This document shows, one piece after another, positions 26,192 to 39,282 of a DNA stretch of 64,000 nucleotides. A program made the position numbers and the translations under genes. The notes under the pieces were generated by a model, which did not search any database, was not told where the DNA came from, and was given only the letters and a program-made list of their open reading frames with translations. Position 1 is the stretch's first letter. The number at the start of each line of letters is the position of its first letter. The stretch is from Monocercomonoides exilis PA203 (taxonomy: Eukaryota; Protista; Preaxostyla), in the NCBI GenBank assembly GCA_001643675.2, contig LSRY02000009.1:868001-932000 (forward strand), read 5' to 3'.

Positions 26192-28002
26192 TCACTTGAA
26201 ATACTGAAGAATCCGCTTGTGGCTTTTTATTCGAACAAGATTTCCTAAGTTGAAGAAGAAGCTGTAAAAATGTAACAATGTAAAAGGAGAAAAAGATAAA
26301 GTGTAACAAGTGATAAAAAAATAAGATGAAAATGATGAAAATGATGAAAATGATGATGAAGAAGGGTCATTTGAAATCTGAATGCACGCGTCGATGCCAG
26401 TTGTTTCTTCGCTGTCTGCCAGCCCATTCCCCGAGAAAATGGAGAATCTCACTTGCCCGACACCTTCTGTGCTGCACTCCTCCTCGTTCACTGCTGCGCA
26501 TGCCCCTCTTTTCTCCCAAACATTCCTCTCCTTTTTCTTCTGTTCGAAATGTCTTTCTTTCTCGTTTTCTTTTCCTTCCCAATCCATCTCCCCATTCTCA
26601 TTCTCTTTCTCTTCCACTTCATTCATCATCATCATCTCCTTTGCCATCATCTCCCTCACCACCCAGTGCAGCCCTCCCCCAAACCCGCTGCTCTCACACC
26701 CCACCCACCAGCACTCCCCCATCACACACACCCCGCTGCACCCCTGCACAGAGCTGCCTCCACCCATCCCCCCTGCCACACAGCACTTCTCAAACTGGCA
26801 CCCCACAACACATGCTGCATCACTGTTGCTGCCTCCATTGCTTCTTCCTTCACTTCTTCCTCCTGTTGGCGAAGAAGGAGGCGCAAAAGAAGACACATGC
26901 AGTCCACCCCCTGCCACCCCCGCTGAGCACCCTGTGAAGTTCGTGCTGTTCGCACAGAAGCTGCGCCTGACTGACGTGGCACACACGCCTCCGCCGCTTT
27001 TCAGAGGCGATGTGCAGTTCGCAAAGGCAGACGACGAGACAAGGAAGGCGCCGAACGAACGGCCGAAAACAGCTCCCCCCGACGACAGCGCAGTGCAGGA
27101 CTGGAACGTGCAGGAGATCACACTCAGCGACGCATCGTCAATGCCCTGAACAGCAAGCGCTCCGCCGTCAAATGCGCCGCTTCCAGTTTGGTTCCAAATG
27201 CAGAACGAAAAAGTGTGGTTTCCTGATTCGCCGATTTGCTCCCGTTTCATTGTAGAATTCCCTTGCACACTTAATGTTGCTAAATGGCTGCACGCTATAA
27301 AAGACGTATTGAACGCTGAAAGTGAAGAAAATCCCGAATTTATGTCTCCTACGATTCCCCCATAAATCACATCCAACACACTCTCGAATCTGCTCCCGCT
27401 AATAATAGTCTTCCACAACTCATTCCCCCATTCTCTTCTTCCGAGCCCTTCTCCGTTCCCTGCCCTCCTGCTCATGTTCCGCATCTCGCATAAATCCACC
27501 TTCCACTCCCCTCTCCTCAAATCTCCCAAAAACGGACCACCACACAGTTCCATGCACTCAAACGAGCTCTGCTCAACACGCACTCTCCCAACATTCAACC
27601 CTCCATTTTTCCCCTCGCAATCTTGTACGAGCGGCCAGACTGCGCAGTTTGGATGATTTGTTATAACAGAAAAATTATTCAATAGCAAATATCCATTTGA
27701 CACCGAAAATGGCGAGCATCTGGAATTTCGATTCTCCACAACAGCATTGTAAACATGTGTTGATGACAAAGCGCAAATTGTGATAATATTTAGATTTTCA
27801 TATTGCAAGAAATAAGCACTACTTAATGTTATTGAAGAATTATATAATTTCAAATCTTCTCGAAAAGAAATTGAAGAATAAGCGCTCTAGAATTGTATCG
27901 AGAATATTAATAATAACGTTGAAGGATAAACATATAATAATATGAACAAATATCGAGGTATTTAACAATGAAAGTGAAAATAAACATATTGTCTAAAGTC
28001 AT
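26192..28002 (-). pseudogene. Truncated inverted copy of the 5' ~1.6 kb of the giant receptor-like gene at 51371+
   Basis: ORF 26192-27853 is nearly identical to the N-terminus of the + strand gene until ~26330, then diverges and stops. Confidence 0.85.
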
Positions 28003-28412
28003 ACATCAAATAATTCCCCCTTTAAAATTTTGCTTTTACAAGGAACATAAAACCGAATTGGTGTGCTAATAGCATCTAATGATGCAAAGAACAAAAAAAT
28101 AAAAATAAAAATAAAATTCATTAAGTTATGTAATGGGGCTATTAGCAAATCAACAATTCATATTCATTTTTAAAAAGAAAAAAATGAATTTCCCTTTAGG
28201 CTTCGGTGATGATTGAAAACATCTTTTAAAGATAATATTAAAAAATGAAAGATAGAGCTGTTGAAGATAAAATTGAGAAATGCATAAAAAATTCGTCCAC
28301 TCCGGGAATTGAACCCGGGCCATGAGAGTGACAGTCTCATATTCTACCGACTATACTAAGCGGACTTGTTGTTTTTGTGAATTTTTTATTATCAAGTAGT
28401 AAAATACGATAT
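26330..28412. repeat. Outer part of the left arm of a ~3.25-kb inverted duplication (pairs with 50961-~53040)
   Basis: Reverse-complement match (positions sum to 79373). Identical translated ORFs on opposite strands in the ORF track. Confidence 0.95.
28294..28365 (-). tRNA. tRNA-Asp(GTC)
   Basis: 72-nt cloverleaf: acceptor GTCCGCT/AGTGGAC, discriminator G, anticodon arm TGAGA-CTGTCAC-TCTCA, T arm CCGGG-TTCAATT-CCCGG. Confidence 0.95.
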
Positions 28413-28749
28413 GGGTAATTCTTTTTGAAAAGTCGCCACAGATCAAAATATTGTCCCATCGCAGTAAATATAAATACACTCCGTGACCATTATTCAACAT
28501 TTGTTTTTCATATTTTAAATTTGTGTTTTTTTTATCATGAAAAACAAAAGGATAAAAAAAAAACCTTTTTCCAAAAAAATTTGAATATTGCTTTTTGATC
28601 AATTTTATAAATTTGATTTAATGGTGATATTACAATTTTTATTTGTCATTGCACTTGCTTCTTTGCAACACATTTGTGGTGTAATCGATTTCAAGAGTTT
28701 ATGAATTGAAAAATCAGTTTGATTTATCAAATACTAAATTTTATAGTTG

Positions 28750-31700
28750 TTGTGTTTATCTTCTTTTAGAGAAAAGCGATTACGTTGGGTACGGACGAAT
28801 CAAGTTTTTGTTTCTAATGGACTATTCTGCATTTACTGTTTCATATGTGGAAGAGGATTTGCTGACATTTAAATTCAAAATTACATCTGCGGAACATTGT
28901 TTAATTACTGCTTTTTTCCATTACAATGCATGCTTAAAAGGCGGACATGACGCTATTCTCCAAAATTCTTCAGCTTATAACAAGTGATTCCACATGCTAT
29001 TTAACAAGGAAAACATCAAAAGGAGAAAGTGCAAAATATAACTCAGTTGATATGAGTGAACAGCTTAATTTCAAATGAGGAAGAATTAGATTCGTTTCAT
29101 TGGTTCAAACACAACCAAATGAAAATGATTTATTCACTTCCTCAACAACATCCAAACTACACCAGATGGCATTCTTCCAACACCTTTGATTCCGTTTAAA
29201 AAATTAATTCTCAACACATTTTTATATGGCACCTATTTCGATCCAAAGAATGACACATCGTTTGCTCCTGATTACGTCTTTTTGGTGTTGAGAAAAGGAG
29301 AAAAAGGTACAGAAAGATATTTGTTTGTTCATGCTCCAACTTCGCATTCTTTTATGAACAAACAAGAAGCGACATCATTCATAGAGAAGAGACAACTGAT
29401 TACGAGAAAATTGAGCACAATGAGAACACAACAGCATAAGATTCTTGTTTCTATAAAGCAACAGGAAATGAAAGAAATAAAGGAAATTCATCAAACGAAA
29501 ACAGAGTGAAAGAAGGAAGTGCCTTGATTGCAGCTGTTCAGAGAGAAGTTGAACAGAAAGGAGAGAGAAGCAACCCTTATACTCAGATTGACATCGCTTG
29601 CATTGAAATAGGCAGCATACCAAAGGTGATAAAACACATTCTATCAACACTCACTTCTTATGTGATGATGTTTACAGACATTTCTAATATTGTCATTTTT
29701 TTGGAGATTTAGAACAACACAAGGCAACTGATCACAACAAATTTCACAGAGATTTGTACTTCTCTAAATTCAGATTCAGATTCATATTCATATTCAGATA
29801 CAGCAACGTCACAAACAACGATGACTGCCACAGTATCATCGAATTCTGCATCCCCTTCAACACCTTCTGCTCCACCACAATCTTCAATAGCAGACTTGTC
29901 GTTCAGCATTCTGCAAGAAATATTCTCGTCAGCTGCAGATGTTGTGCATTTCTTCCTGTTTAGCTACTCCTTTTCCTCCTCTTTCAAAGAAATGCCTCTT
30001 CTTTTCAATGGTTCAAATGATCAAAATACTCATTTCCTGCTATTTGAGTCAAGAAAAACAATGCATCGAATTATGCAGCAGCAGACAGAACTGCTTGTGA
30101 TGAGAAAAGAGGAAATACTGAATGAGATGCAGACGCTGAATGAATGGCTCAGATTAGTTGATTTGAGTTCTAGACATTCAGTTGACAAAAGAGGAGGAAG
30201 AATTGGAAAGAGCCATTCCACCAAATGTAATTGTGACAGGTTTCATCAAAGCAAAGTTTACCCAACTGCAATTCTTGTTGGAGCTTAATTCTGCTGACAA
30301 ATGGAGATGAACAGATAGTCCTAAAAATGTAATTCAGAAACAGATAAAGCTGATTTGCTTGCTTCATTTCCAGCTTTTCTTGATACGCAAAAGCATCGTC
30401 ATTGTTATGGATGTTCTTGTGCACATTTCAACAGACAACTTGGGTGTGTCTATGCTAAAGATATCTGAATTCTCAGAAATGGCAGGTGCTCAGATGATGG
30501 CACAAGGCGGGAACTACGAATGGCTCTGCGAAATATTCTCAGAGCGGGAAAAAGCGAAGATAGAAATCAAAACAAGGAGGAGCACTTTGCAGACGAATAG
30601 AAACGATGAAGGAAAAGGCACTGCCAATGAGTCAGACGAAGCACCACAAAATGAGAAAGCCACATCTTCTGATGGAAAAAGTGTGCATTCAGGAAAAGTG
30701 ACAGAATCACAATACAAGGCAAACATTGCGTTGCGGTTTATGGAACAAGAACAAAATGAGAAGGATGCATTTTGATACAGAAAGAAAAGATTGCGGCAGT
30801 TTCCAGGTGCTGATTCTTGCTCACTCAAAGTTATTTTCTCACCTTCCGTAATTGACATATTTGACTATCCAATTGATGCATTCGCGTGCGAGATATCGTC
30901 ATCAATGCTCATAGAACAAGAAAAAAGAGCATCATATTTTGAGGCTACTCTCATTTTGATAGAGTCAATCATCACTTTCATCTATATCATGAGGAGCATG
31001 GGAGTGAATATTGAAGGACTCCCAAATGACCAAACAGAAGACGAAGAAAATAACAACCAACAAGATGGAAACGAAGAAGTCGACAGGCATTATCATAAAG
31101 ATGAATCGAGAGAAGAAGGAGTTGGAGTTGGAGTTGGAGAAGGAGGAGAAGGATCATTTGAAGAGGGAGCTATTGAAGACGAAATAGAAGAAGAAAGGCA
31201 GATAGGAAGACAATACATGGAGAATGAGAACGAGCCAAAAAGGGAAAAAAGGAAGGAATTGGAAATGAAGATGGAGACAAAATTGAAATAAAGCCTCAAC
31301 AACAACCACACAAAGAAGTTGAATGCAAAGAAACAAAAAATGCAACTTGTTTTGAAGGCACTACTGTTCTGCGGACGAGCGATCTTAACGAGTTTATTAC
31401 ACAGCATACACACTATCGACCAGAAAACTCTGCAGAGAAGAATTCTTCAGTTGCGGTCGAAGCGTTTCAAACTCTTTCAGAGATACAACACAAGTCGTCA
31501 GAAAATAAGAAAGCCGAAGAAAGTCAACAAGAAGACAACGAAAATGCTTTGACATTTTTCAATAAAGCAGAAAGAATGAGATTAAATAGCTGAATAGCAA
31601 CTGTGGAAGAGAATGTTTGATTGTTGAGCCTGTTGTTGGGAATACAGAAGCTGAAGTGATGAAATACACAAGCGAGTGGGATCAACGTCATACAGAAAGA

Positions 31701-34700
31701 GAAAAAGAAAGAGAAAGGAAAAGAAAGAGAACGGGATATGATTTGGGTTCATCTTTGGCATTTCAAACAAACAATGCAAGCCATCTTGACAGCATAACGT
31801 GGAGAGAAAGAAGATGGATGATGTGGGAAGGAAAGGTGCTTCAAGTTGTTTGCCGCAAAGTTGATGAGCCTCCAGTGTCAACAATACGTGAAACTAACAT
31901 GAAAAGATTACAGGAATACTTGATTAAAAAGAGAAAGAAAGAAAATGAACAAAAGTTGACGAATATTAAAAATAAACTTTCGAGCAAGTTTTTTGGTTCA
32001 CAAAAGAAGCCATACGAAGATGAGGAAGTGAAATCCACTAGCAGATTTGCACTTGCAAACGAAGAGGTTTCAGAATTGTGTGCGAATAATAACGGGCAGA
32101 TTCCAACAAAAGAATGCATTCAAGAGCTTACAAAAATAAGTGCAATACATCCCACTGTTCAGAATCAGAGCGGAGGTTACTATGAAATCCACAGATTCAC
32201 TCGCTCGCCTGATTCTTCACCTTCTGGATATATCTGTGATTTTATCATTCCTATTCTTACGGCTGGCCCTCGCTCCACATTCTGTTATGCGCTTTTTACT
32301 CTTCCGCTTTCTATTTCTGAGGTTCTTTCTTCGAAGATATCGTTAAAGCCGATCATCAAAGAGATTGTTAAGCTTTCTTCGAAGATCACTGTCTCCAAAT
32401 TGAAGTGGATCGATACAAATTCAAATGAAGAGATGAATAACTATTGGAAGAACATGTACACCAAACAGGCAACGCCACAAGAAGAAAAAGAAAAAGAAGA
32501 TGGAATAAACGAGAGCGAATCTTCGTGCAAAACTACCAAAGTTGCAACTGTTGAATCACAGATATCAAATGGCGGAGCATCCAGAGAAAGAAGAATCGAC
32601 AAAAGCTAATGAAAAAAACTTACAGCAGGAAAAGAAGAAAAAACAGTATCTGAATCAAAAATGAATGGTGAAATCGAAAAGAACAGAAAATCGGAAAATT
32701 TGAAAGAACCAAACGATGAAGATGTTGGAAACAAGGAGCAAATTACTTCTTTGCGGCAAGATCCATTTCTTCCACTTTATGAGCATTATCATTCACACAC
32801 TTTGAGCAGCATTCCTTCAGGCACTTTTGTAAACAATGTGATTCTTTCTTCACCAAATGAAGCACTTTTGCTCGAAACAAATAATAAAACATTGCTCTGT
32901 ACTAATGCCACCACAACTGTTCTTCTCTCTGAATTGCTCCAAAATTGCACAAAGAACATTCAATTGCTTGATGGAAATGATTCTTCTTCAAGCAATAAGA
33001 ATGGAGAAGATAGAAAAAATACCGGTAAAGCATCACTTTCAACAATTGAATCTGTTTCAAATCAACTTTTGCCTCTGAAAAGTCCATTTGTTCCTCCGCC
33101 ATCTGCAATTTGCCATTTTACAGTGGATGACTTTGCAGTAGTTGTTGAATGCCGACGGATTGAATGGCTTGCAGATACTCCAAACAGAGCAGAAGTGGAG
33201 TAGGAAAGCCCACTCAGAGCGAAACTATGGCTAAAAGAGATTGTGGAAGGAGAGTACATCGCAGCATAGGCGATGTAGTTGACTGTTCCACTTCATCCTG
33301 GAGCGTATTGGTGCACGGAAACAGAAGCCGAATACTGGGAGTGAATCAAAGATGCGATGAAAGAGAAGTATAAATCAATGGATAATTGCATTTCAATCAC
33401 AGAATTCTTTACTATCAATCCGGATCATTGCTTCTTTGAACGTCTGGCTGAACTTCAAGCACTGACAAAGTTTCTCGTAGGAATGTTTAAGCCAGTGATG
33501 ATTTTTGGAGAAATATCGAACGGAGAGAAGAGGATAAAAGGATGGGAGATGTTTGAAAGGCTGAAGGAGCTGAAAGAAAACAGAGAGACAATTCAGCGTG
33601 TTGTCAAAAGAAGACAAGATTGGCCAATGCGACGAGCAATGCAGAAAGAGGCAGAAAGAATAATGGAACAAGACAGAATGACGTGGGGTCATCAGCACCC
33701 TCTCAAAGAAGAGCACAAAATGTTGATCTACATGCAGATACCAGCGAGCTTTGACCAAAAGCTCAAGATTCTCAACTCTCTGGCCTTTGAACAGAAGCAA
33801 AAGTTGTATCAGTGGCCAAATAGAACGGCAGAGATATCAGAAGAAATAGCACATGACAAAGCAATCATTCGGAAGTTCAAACGAGAAAAGCTGCGAGAGA
33901 TTAAGGATCTTCTCAGCAAAAAGACATTTTTGACACGATTGGAGAGGAAAGGCGAGGAGAAAAAGGAGTTAAACAACTTGAAGCATCTTCTGAAGCAACA
34001 AGCAGCACATCTCAAATACCAGAAACAAGAAGAAAAGAATTCCTTCTTTAAAACGATTGATAAGATTTTGAATGGAAGCCAAAGAGGTCGCAGCGAGATG
34101 CTTGTAGCACCATCTCTTTCTTCTTTTAAAGAAGGATTAGTTCGAAGACGCAGAATATCAACTTCTCTGTCTTCATCATCCTCAGCAGCCATGTCGCCAT
34201 CTCTGGTCCTTTCACCTTATTCCTCCTCTTCAAATTCAGAGTCGCCTTTCAGTCATTCATCTGCTCATCCGCTTTCTCTGTCGCCTCATCGTTCGCGATG
34301 CCATCACCACCACATCCACGTTCACCATCCCAGAAACCACAGAAAGAGCACACAGAAAATACAAAATTCTGCTTTTAATGCGAAGAAAGCTACTCGCCCA
34401 GATAAGAAATCGAAACGGAAGCTAATTCCAAAAGCGAAGAGCCAAATTTCACCATCTTTGGAAAAGGAGAAGTTTTATAGTGATGAAAGATTAACCAAAT
34501 TGCATCAAATAAAGAAACTAGCTTGCTTGTGAAATCTTCCGTGTTCAATTTATTGGATCGCAATTCATTATCACCTTCATCTTTGTACTCGTCGCATACT
34601 TCTCCTTCTCGCTCTTTCTCAATAAGATGTGAGTCCACTTCGTCCATTTGTTCCACTCTCTCGTGTGTTGAGCTTCCGTGGGAAGAGGCTGCAGAATATT

Positions 34701-36440
34701 CAGAGTCAGACGAAGAATGTATGCTCCAGGAACGACACGTCAGGAAGATGGAGAAGAGAATAACCATCAGGCAGCAAAAATTAGCAGAGCGGAACAGAAA
34801 ACAAGAGCTGAAAAGAAGACTGTAGAGGAAGCTCAGAAAGGAGCGATTCTTCATCTTAAATGGATTCAGCATGTGAGCCAGCTCAGAGAGATCAACGACA
34901 TCAGAGAAAAGATGAAGATTAAAGAAGAGCGGTGGAAACCTATTTCCAGAGAAACAAAAGCAGAGGAAAAGAAAGCGATTGATTGTCTGAAGCGACAAAA
35001 AGAAGAAATGCAAAAGAAACACACTTCAATCGAAAAACAGTGCTCGAAATTGATCGATCAAATTGTTGAGCTGAGAAAGAGAATCAACAAACTATCTTTG
35101 TCAACTTCTCCAGAGAAAGAGCCAGATGAAAAGAAGATGATGAAAGTGGAACAAAAAGTATTCCAAAAGATCAGGAGTTATGAAGAAGGAATGGATTGAG
35201 AAATGAATGAAGAGCAAACAAAAAGCGATTTGGACAAAAACGACAAAAGAAAGCTATCAAAAACTCAACCAGTAGACACTACAAATTTTATTCCTCTTAC
35301 AACAATTGCCAGCATTTTGGAAGCAGAGAAGAAGGAAGAAAAGGTTGCAGAAGCCGAAAACGATTCCAAAAATGATAAAACAAAAACAGATGAAAAGCCA
35401 ATATATAAATTGGAAGAAAGTAAAGAAGAATAGTAGCTTATAAAAAAAGAGCTAACAAAGCAAACTGAGGAGGAAAAGGGAAATGAGGAAAGCTCTATTC
35501 TTAGCAAAGGGGATCAATTACCATCACAACAAACTCAGAAAGAGCCAGAAGAAGAGCAAAAATTAACAAAAGCGGAAGAAGCTTCTGTCGAAGAAGCCAC
35601 GAACAAAGCAAACACAGCTACCCAATCAGAAGACATTGAAATAATAGACACAAGTTTGAAGACTTCGAAGCGTTCGTCGACGTCTCCATAAGACAATGAC
35701 GAAGACGATGATGATGACCTTCCATTTTCTCGTCTGAGAAATGGAACAGCCTCTTCGCGAACGAGGCTGTTCACTTTGTCCTGCCTCACATCTTCCATCG
35801 TCGCTTCGATGAATCGCAGCAACGATCACGTTTCTTTATCAACACAGGCATACTTCTTCTCGGCTCTCTCAACGATGATTTCTGAGCTGCGTTGCGAATA
35901 CCCTTTTCCACCGCGTTCACGCTCACCCAGAAAGCCCTCCTTCCATCTCCTCCATTGCCCCTTTTCTTGAATTATTTGAAGAAACGAAGACACAGAGAAG
36001 GCAGACCGCGACTCGGAAAAGGGTCAAAGCAGTGCGAAAGAGCAGCAGAAACACTGTTACAGATGATGAGCGTGCAACTGCTCACTGAATCAAGAGGGAA
36101 TCTGTCAAAAGGAGACAAAAGAAAGCTGAATCAGCTGGAGAAGATTCTGAATGAAGGCGAATAGGGGAACAAGAGAGGCAACAGTCCAAGCGACAGGATT
36201 ATGCAAATAGCGATGAAGATGGACGAGATGGGGAGAAGCAGAATTCATAACCATTGGAGAAGAAACGACAGTGACGACGACGATTCAGACAGAGACTTTG
36301 ATGGAGATTTGGATGAGATTGAAATGCTTGTGAAAATGAGGTAGTTGGAGTCGGATCGTTTACGAGATAATCAAAAAGAAGGTTCGTAAACAGATATCGA
36401 ACCAAAAAGAGAAAGACAGAAGATAATGATGAAAATTTAT
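28750..36440 (+). pseudogene. Large disrupted uncharacterised gene carried as cargo in element A
   Basis: Chain of + strand ORFs (29186 ... 31617-32609, 33357-34532 ... 35892-36164) joined by many in-frame stops and several frameshifts. No domain recognised. Confidence 0.7.
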
Positions 36441-36573
36441 AATTGGTTGCTTTATTTGAACAATTGTTTATGAAACGATAAACTATTGAAATGGAGAAAA
36501 TAAATAAAGAAAGTTATCAGTCGATGCGTGTCGTCATAATCTGATGAACTCAAAATGTTTGTAATGATACTAA

Positions 36574-39282
36574 TTAAGTGGAACTGCAACCATTATCTTC
36601 ATCTTCATAATCTTCTTCATCTTCATAATCTTCTTCATCTTCATAATCTTCTTCATCATCATTGTCTTCTTCATTATCTTTTTCTTTTTCTTCAACGTCA
36701 TCGTCTTCGTCTTCTTCATCAGAAAGAATAACAGCTTCCTTCCTTCTTTCATCATCTTCAAAATCTCATTGGCAAACATTTTGAGAATAAGTGCATCTTG
36801 GTTCATTATCAAAATTATCTGTTTCTTCGTCTGTTTCTTCTTCGTTTCTCGGGATTTCAAAACGCTTGCACTTTTCTTTTTTCCCTTCATATCTTCCAAG
36901 AATAAGTGCAAGCGTTTGTTTCCCAGTGGGAAATGACAAGCAAGAATACTTCTTGCTTGTTGCTTGTTTCTTTGCTCTTTCGAAAGAAACAGCAACCCTC
37001 ACTTCACTCCATCTTGTATTTTCTTCTTCGTTGTATGGAGCAGCGAAAATTCTTCCTTCTTCGCTGCTCCATAAAAGATTTAATTTTAAATCTTTAACCC
37101 TCAGCTTCGGTGAGACTCTCACCTGAAGCCGAGGGGTGTATGGGAGGAAGTGCCTATTGATTGAGGCACTTCCTATCTCATCTGTTGATGAGTCAAATCT
37201 TTTTTTGAAAAAAGAGATTAGCTCATCAACAGATGAGATGTCCTCTCGAGAGTTCCGCGTTTCTCTCGAGAGGACCCCAAATTCTCCATCCACTTCGCTT
37301 TTTCCGTGACCTTCAGCAAAAAAGGAAAGCGAAGTGGATGAGAATTTTTTTAAAACAGAAGATGAAGGATAAAGAACAAAGTGGAGGAATGCTCCATTTC
37401 GAAAGTGTGGGCCACAATCAGCCCACACTTTCAAAGAGGTTATTTGTTTAAATTGATTTTTTGTTTTACTGAGGACTGTTTCAAGGCAGTCAACTGCGTA
37501 TCTGCTGTCTTTTGATAAAACAGTTGAAAAGAAGTTGAAACAATTTTTGACAATAATGTTTTTTTGAATCATGTAAACAATTATTCCCAGATGAGAGACT
37601 TCTTTCTTTTCATAGAAATCTCGAGATATTTGAGTTTGTCTGATTGGAAGAGTCCAGTTTTGCTTGAAGTCAAGCAAAACCAGAATCTCACTTTCTTTTA
37701 GCTCATCAAGATTTTTGTTGAACTTTTCTCTTTCTTTCTTTTCAATAATTTCGTGCTTTTTCAAGATTCTTAATTCTTCCTTTTCATCATCTGTTAATTC
37801 GTTTGTTTTCATTTTTATTTCCAAACAATTCTTTCGATAACACAGATTGCATATATCTGTTCTGTTTTTTGATTTCTTCACGTGTTTAGACATTTTGCAA
37901 AAATGAGAAAAACTTATATTTAAACCTGTTTCTTTTCTCATATTTTTCCAAAGTTCATATTTTGTGGAAAAGAAAATTCTTTCTTCATTCTTTAAAAAAA
38001 TTCTTCCATCTATTTCATTCATCAAATTTGTGTTTCTATTGATACAATCTCGTTCGAATATAATACGGTTTTTTCTCTGTTATTCTTCTGTTGTAAGTAA
38101 AGTTGTTTCCTTAGAGATAAATATGGTGGATGATGCAACTGGTGCGGATGATGTTAACAGTGAGATAGATGAGTCAGAAGATGTGAATGAAGAAAATAAA
38201 GCAGATGAAGCAGACGAGGCAGATGAATCAAATGAGGCAGTGGAGCGAGCTGGTTGTGCTGCTAAGGCAGAAGGGGTGAATGAAGAAAATAAAGCAGATG
38301 AAGCAGACGAGGCAGATGAATCAAATGAGGCAGTGGAGCGAGCTGGTTGTGCTGCTAAGGCAGAAGGGGTGAATGAAGAAAATAAAGCAGATGAAGCAGA
38401 CGAGGCAGATGAATCAAATGAGGCAGTGGAGCGAGCTGGTTGTGCTGCTTAGGCAGAAGGGGTGAATGAAGCTGATATTGAATTGATGTTGAATTTGTTC
38501 CTAATTGTTTTTTGTATTTGATCTTGTTCGATATATGGATATTTAAAAGTGTTTGCATGTGAAGTAGATAAATTCGTTGAATTGGACAGTTGAAATAAAA
38601 TGGGTGAAGAAATGTTCTCAACTGTCAAGTGTGATGGATTTTTCAAAAAATCAATATCATCATCTGACAAATCAATGAGTAACTTTTTGTTTTTTTTTTG
38701 AGTTTTACCACTTTCAGTTGTATTCCGCTTTAACCACCATTCACAAAATAGAAAATCATAATTCGATAAAGCTGAATATTTATATTATTTTATTGAAGTT
38801 AAAGATGTGAAGTGCAAACGATTTCTAACTTTTGGTAATGCTTTTCTTTCACTGTTTTGAACAGAGTAACCGTGAAGTTTGAGCATCCGTTTTGCATGGT
38901 CAACATTATTTTTTGTGCAATTCCATTGAGAATTGCGCAAATCTTTTTCTGTAACAGCATTCAAAAACGACTCCAACAAAAGAATCTTGTTCTTTTTATC
39001 AAGAATGTCGTATAACAAACCGGAATGAAACAGCAATTTGTTAAACTTTTCTATCCATTGAAAACGATTTTCAAAATTATTTTTTAATGACTGAAAATAC
39101 TAATAGATACAACCATTCAATGCTTCATTCAAATACTGCAGTATTTTGTTTCCTTCCAAAGAATGCTCCAAAAAATATTGAATGAACAATTTTTCTTCAT
39201 TTTTTGTACAAAATTGTAAAAATTTGAAAAGTTCTTCACATAGTTGAGATTTCCTGCTTGAAGATAATTGCGAAAAAAGCAT
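36574..39282 (-). pseudogene. Sola-like DDD transposase gene with in-frame stops
   Basis: ATG at 39282; 48-nt intron GTTTG...CAG 38819-38772. Otherwise one continuous frame with TAG 39100, TAA 38449, TAA 38080 and TGA 36766, then an acidic tail to TAA 36574. Core motifs DICNLC, LLDFKQN...FY, WADCGPHFRN and FFAEGHGKSEVDGEFG resemble Sola (closest to Sola2 HGK..xDG) transposases, from memory. Confidence 0.8.
38183..38471. repeat. Three 93-bp tandem repeats inside the transposase (31-aa Ser/Ala-rich units)
   Basis: GTGAATGAAGAAAATAAAGCAGATG... recurs at 38183, 38276 and 38369, with a partial copy at 38462. Confidence 0.95.

Noticed and set aside
37964-38452. 162-aa + strand repeat protein ORF, or a CRISPR-like array
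   Set aside because: It is the antisense of the transposase's 93-bp tandem repeats. The units are identical with no unique spacers.
36766-39282. Transposase written in a TAA/TAG=Gln code (as in Streblomastix), since three TAR stops are in frame and the core ends in TGA
   Set aside because: About 30 Gln codons in the gene are CAR versus three TAR. One TAA corresponds to TTA in the sister repeats, coding-like sequence continues after the TGA, and cargo genes also have in-frame TGA and frameshifts. Nonsense decay is simpler.
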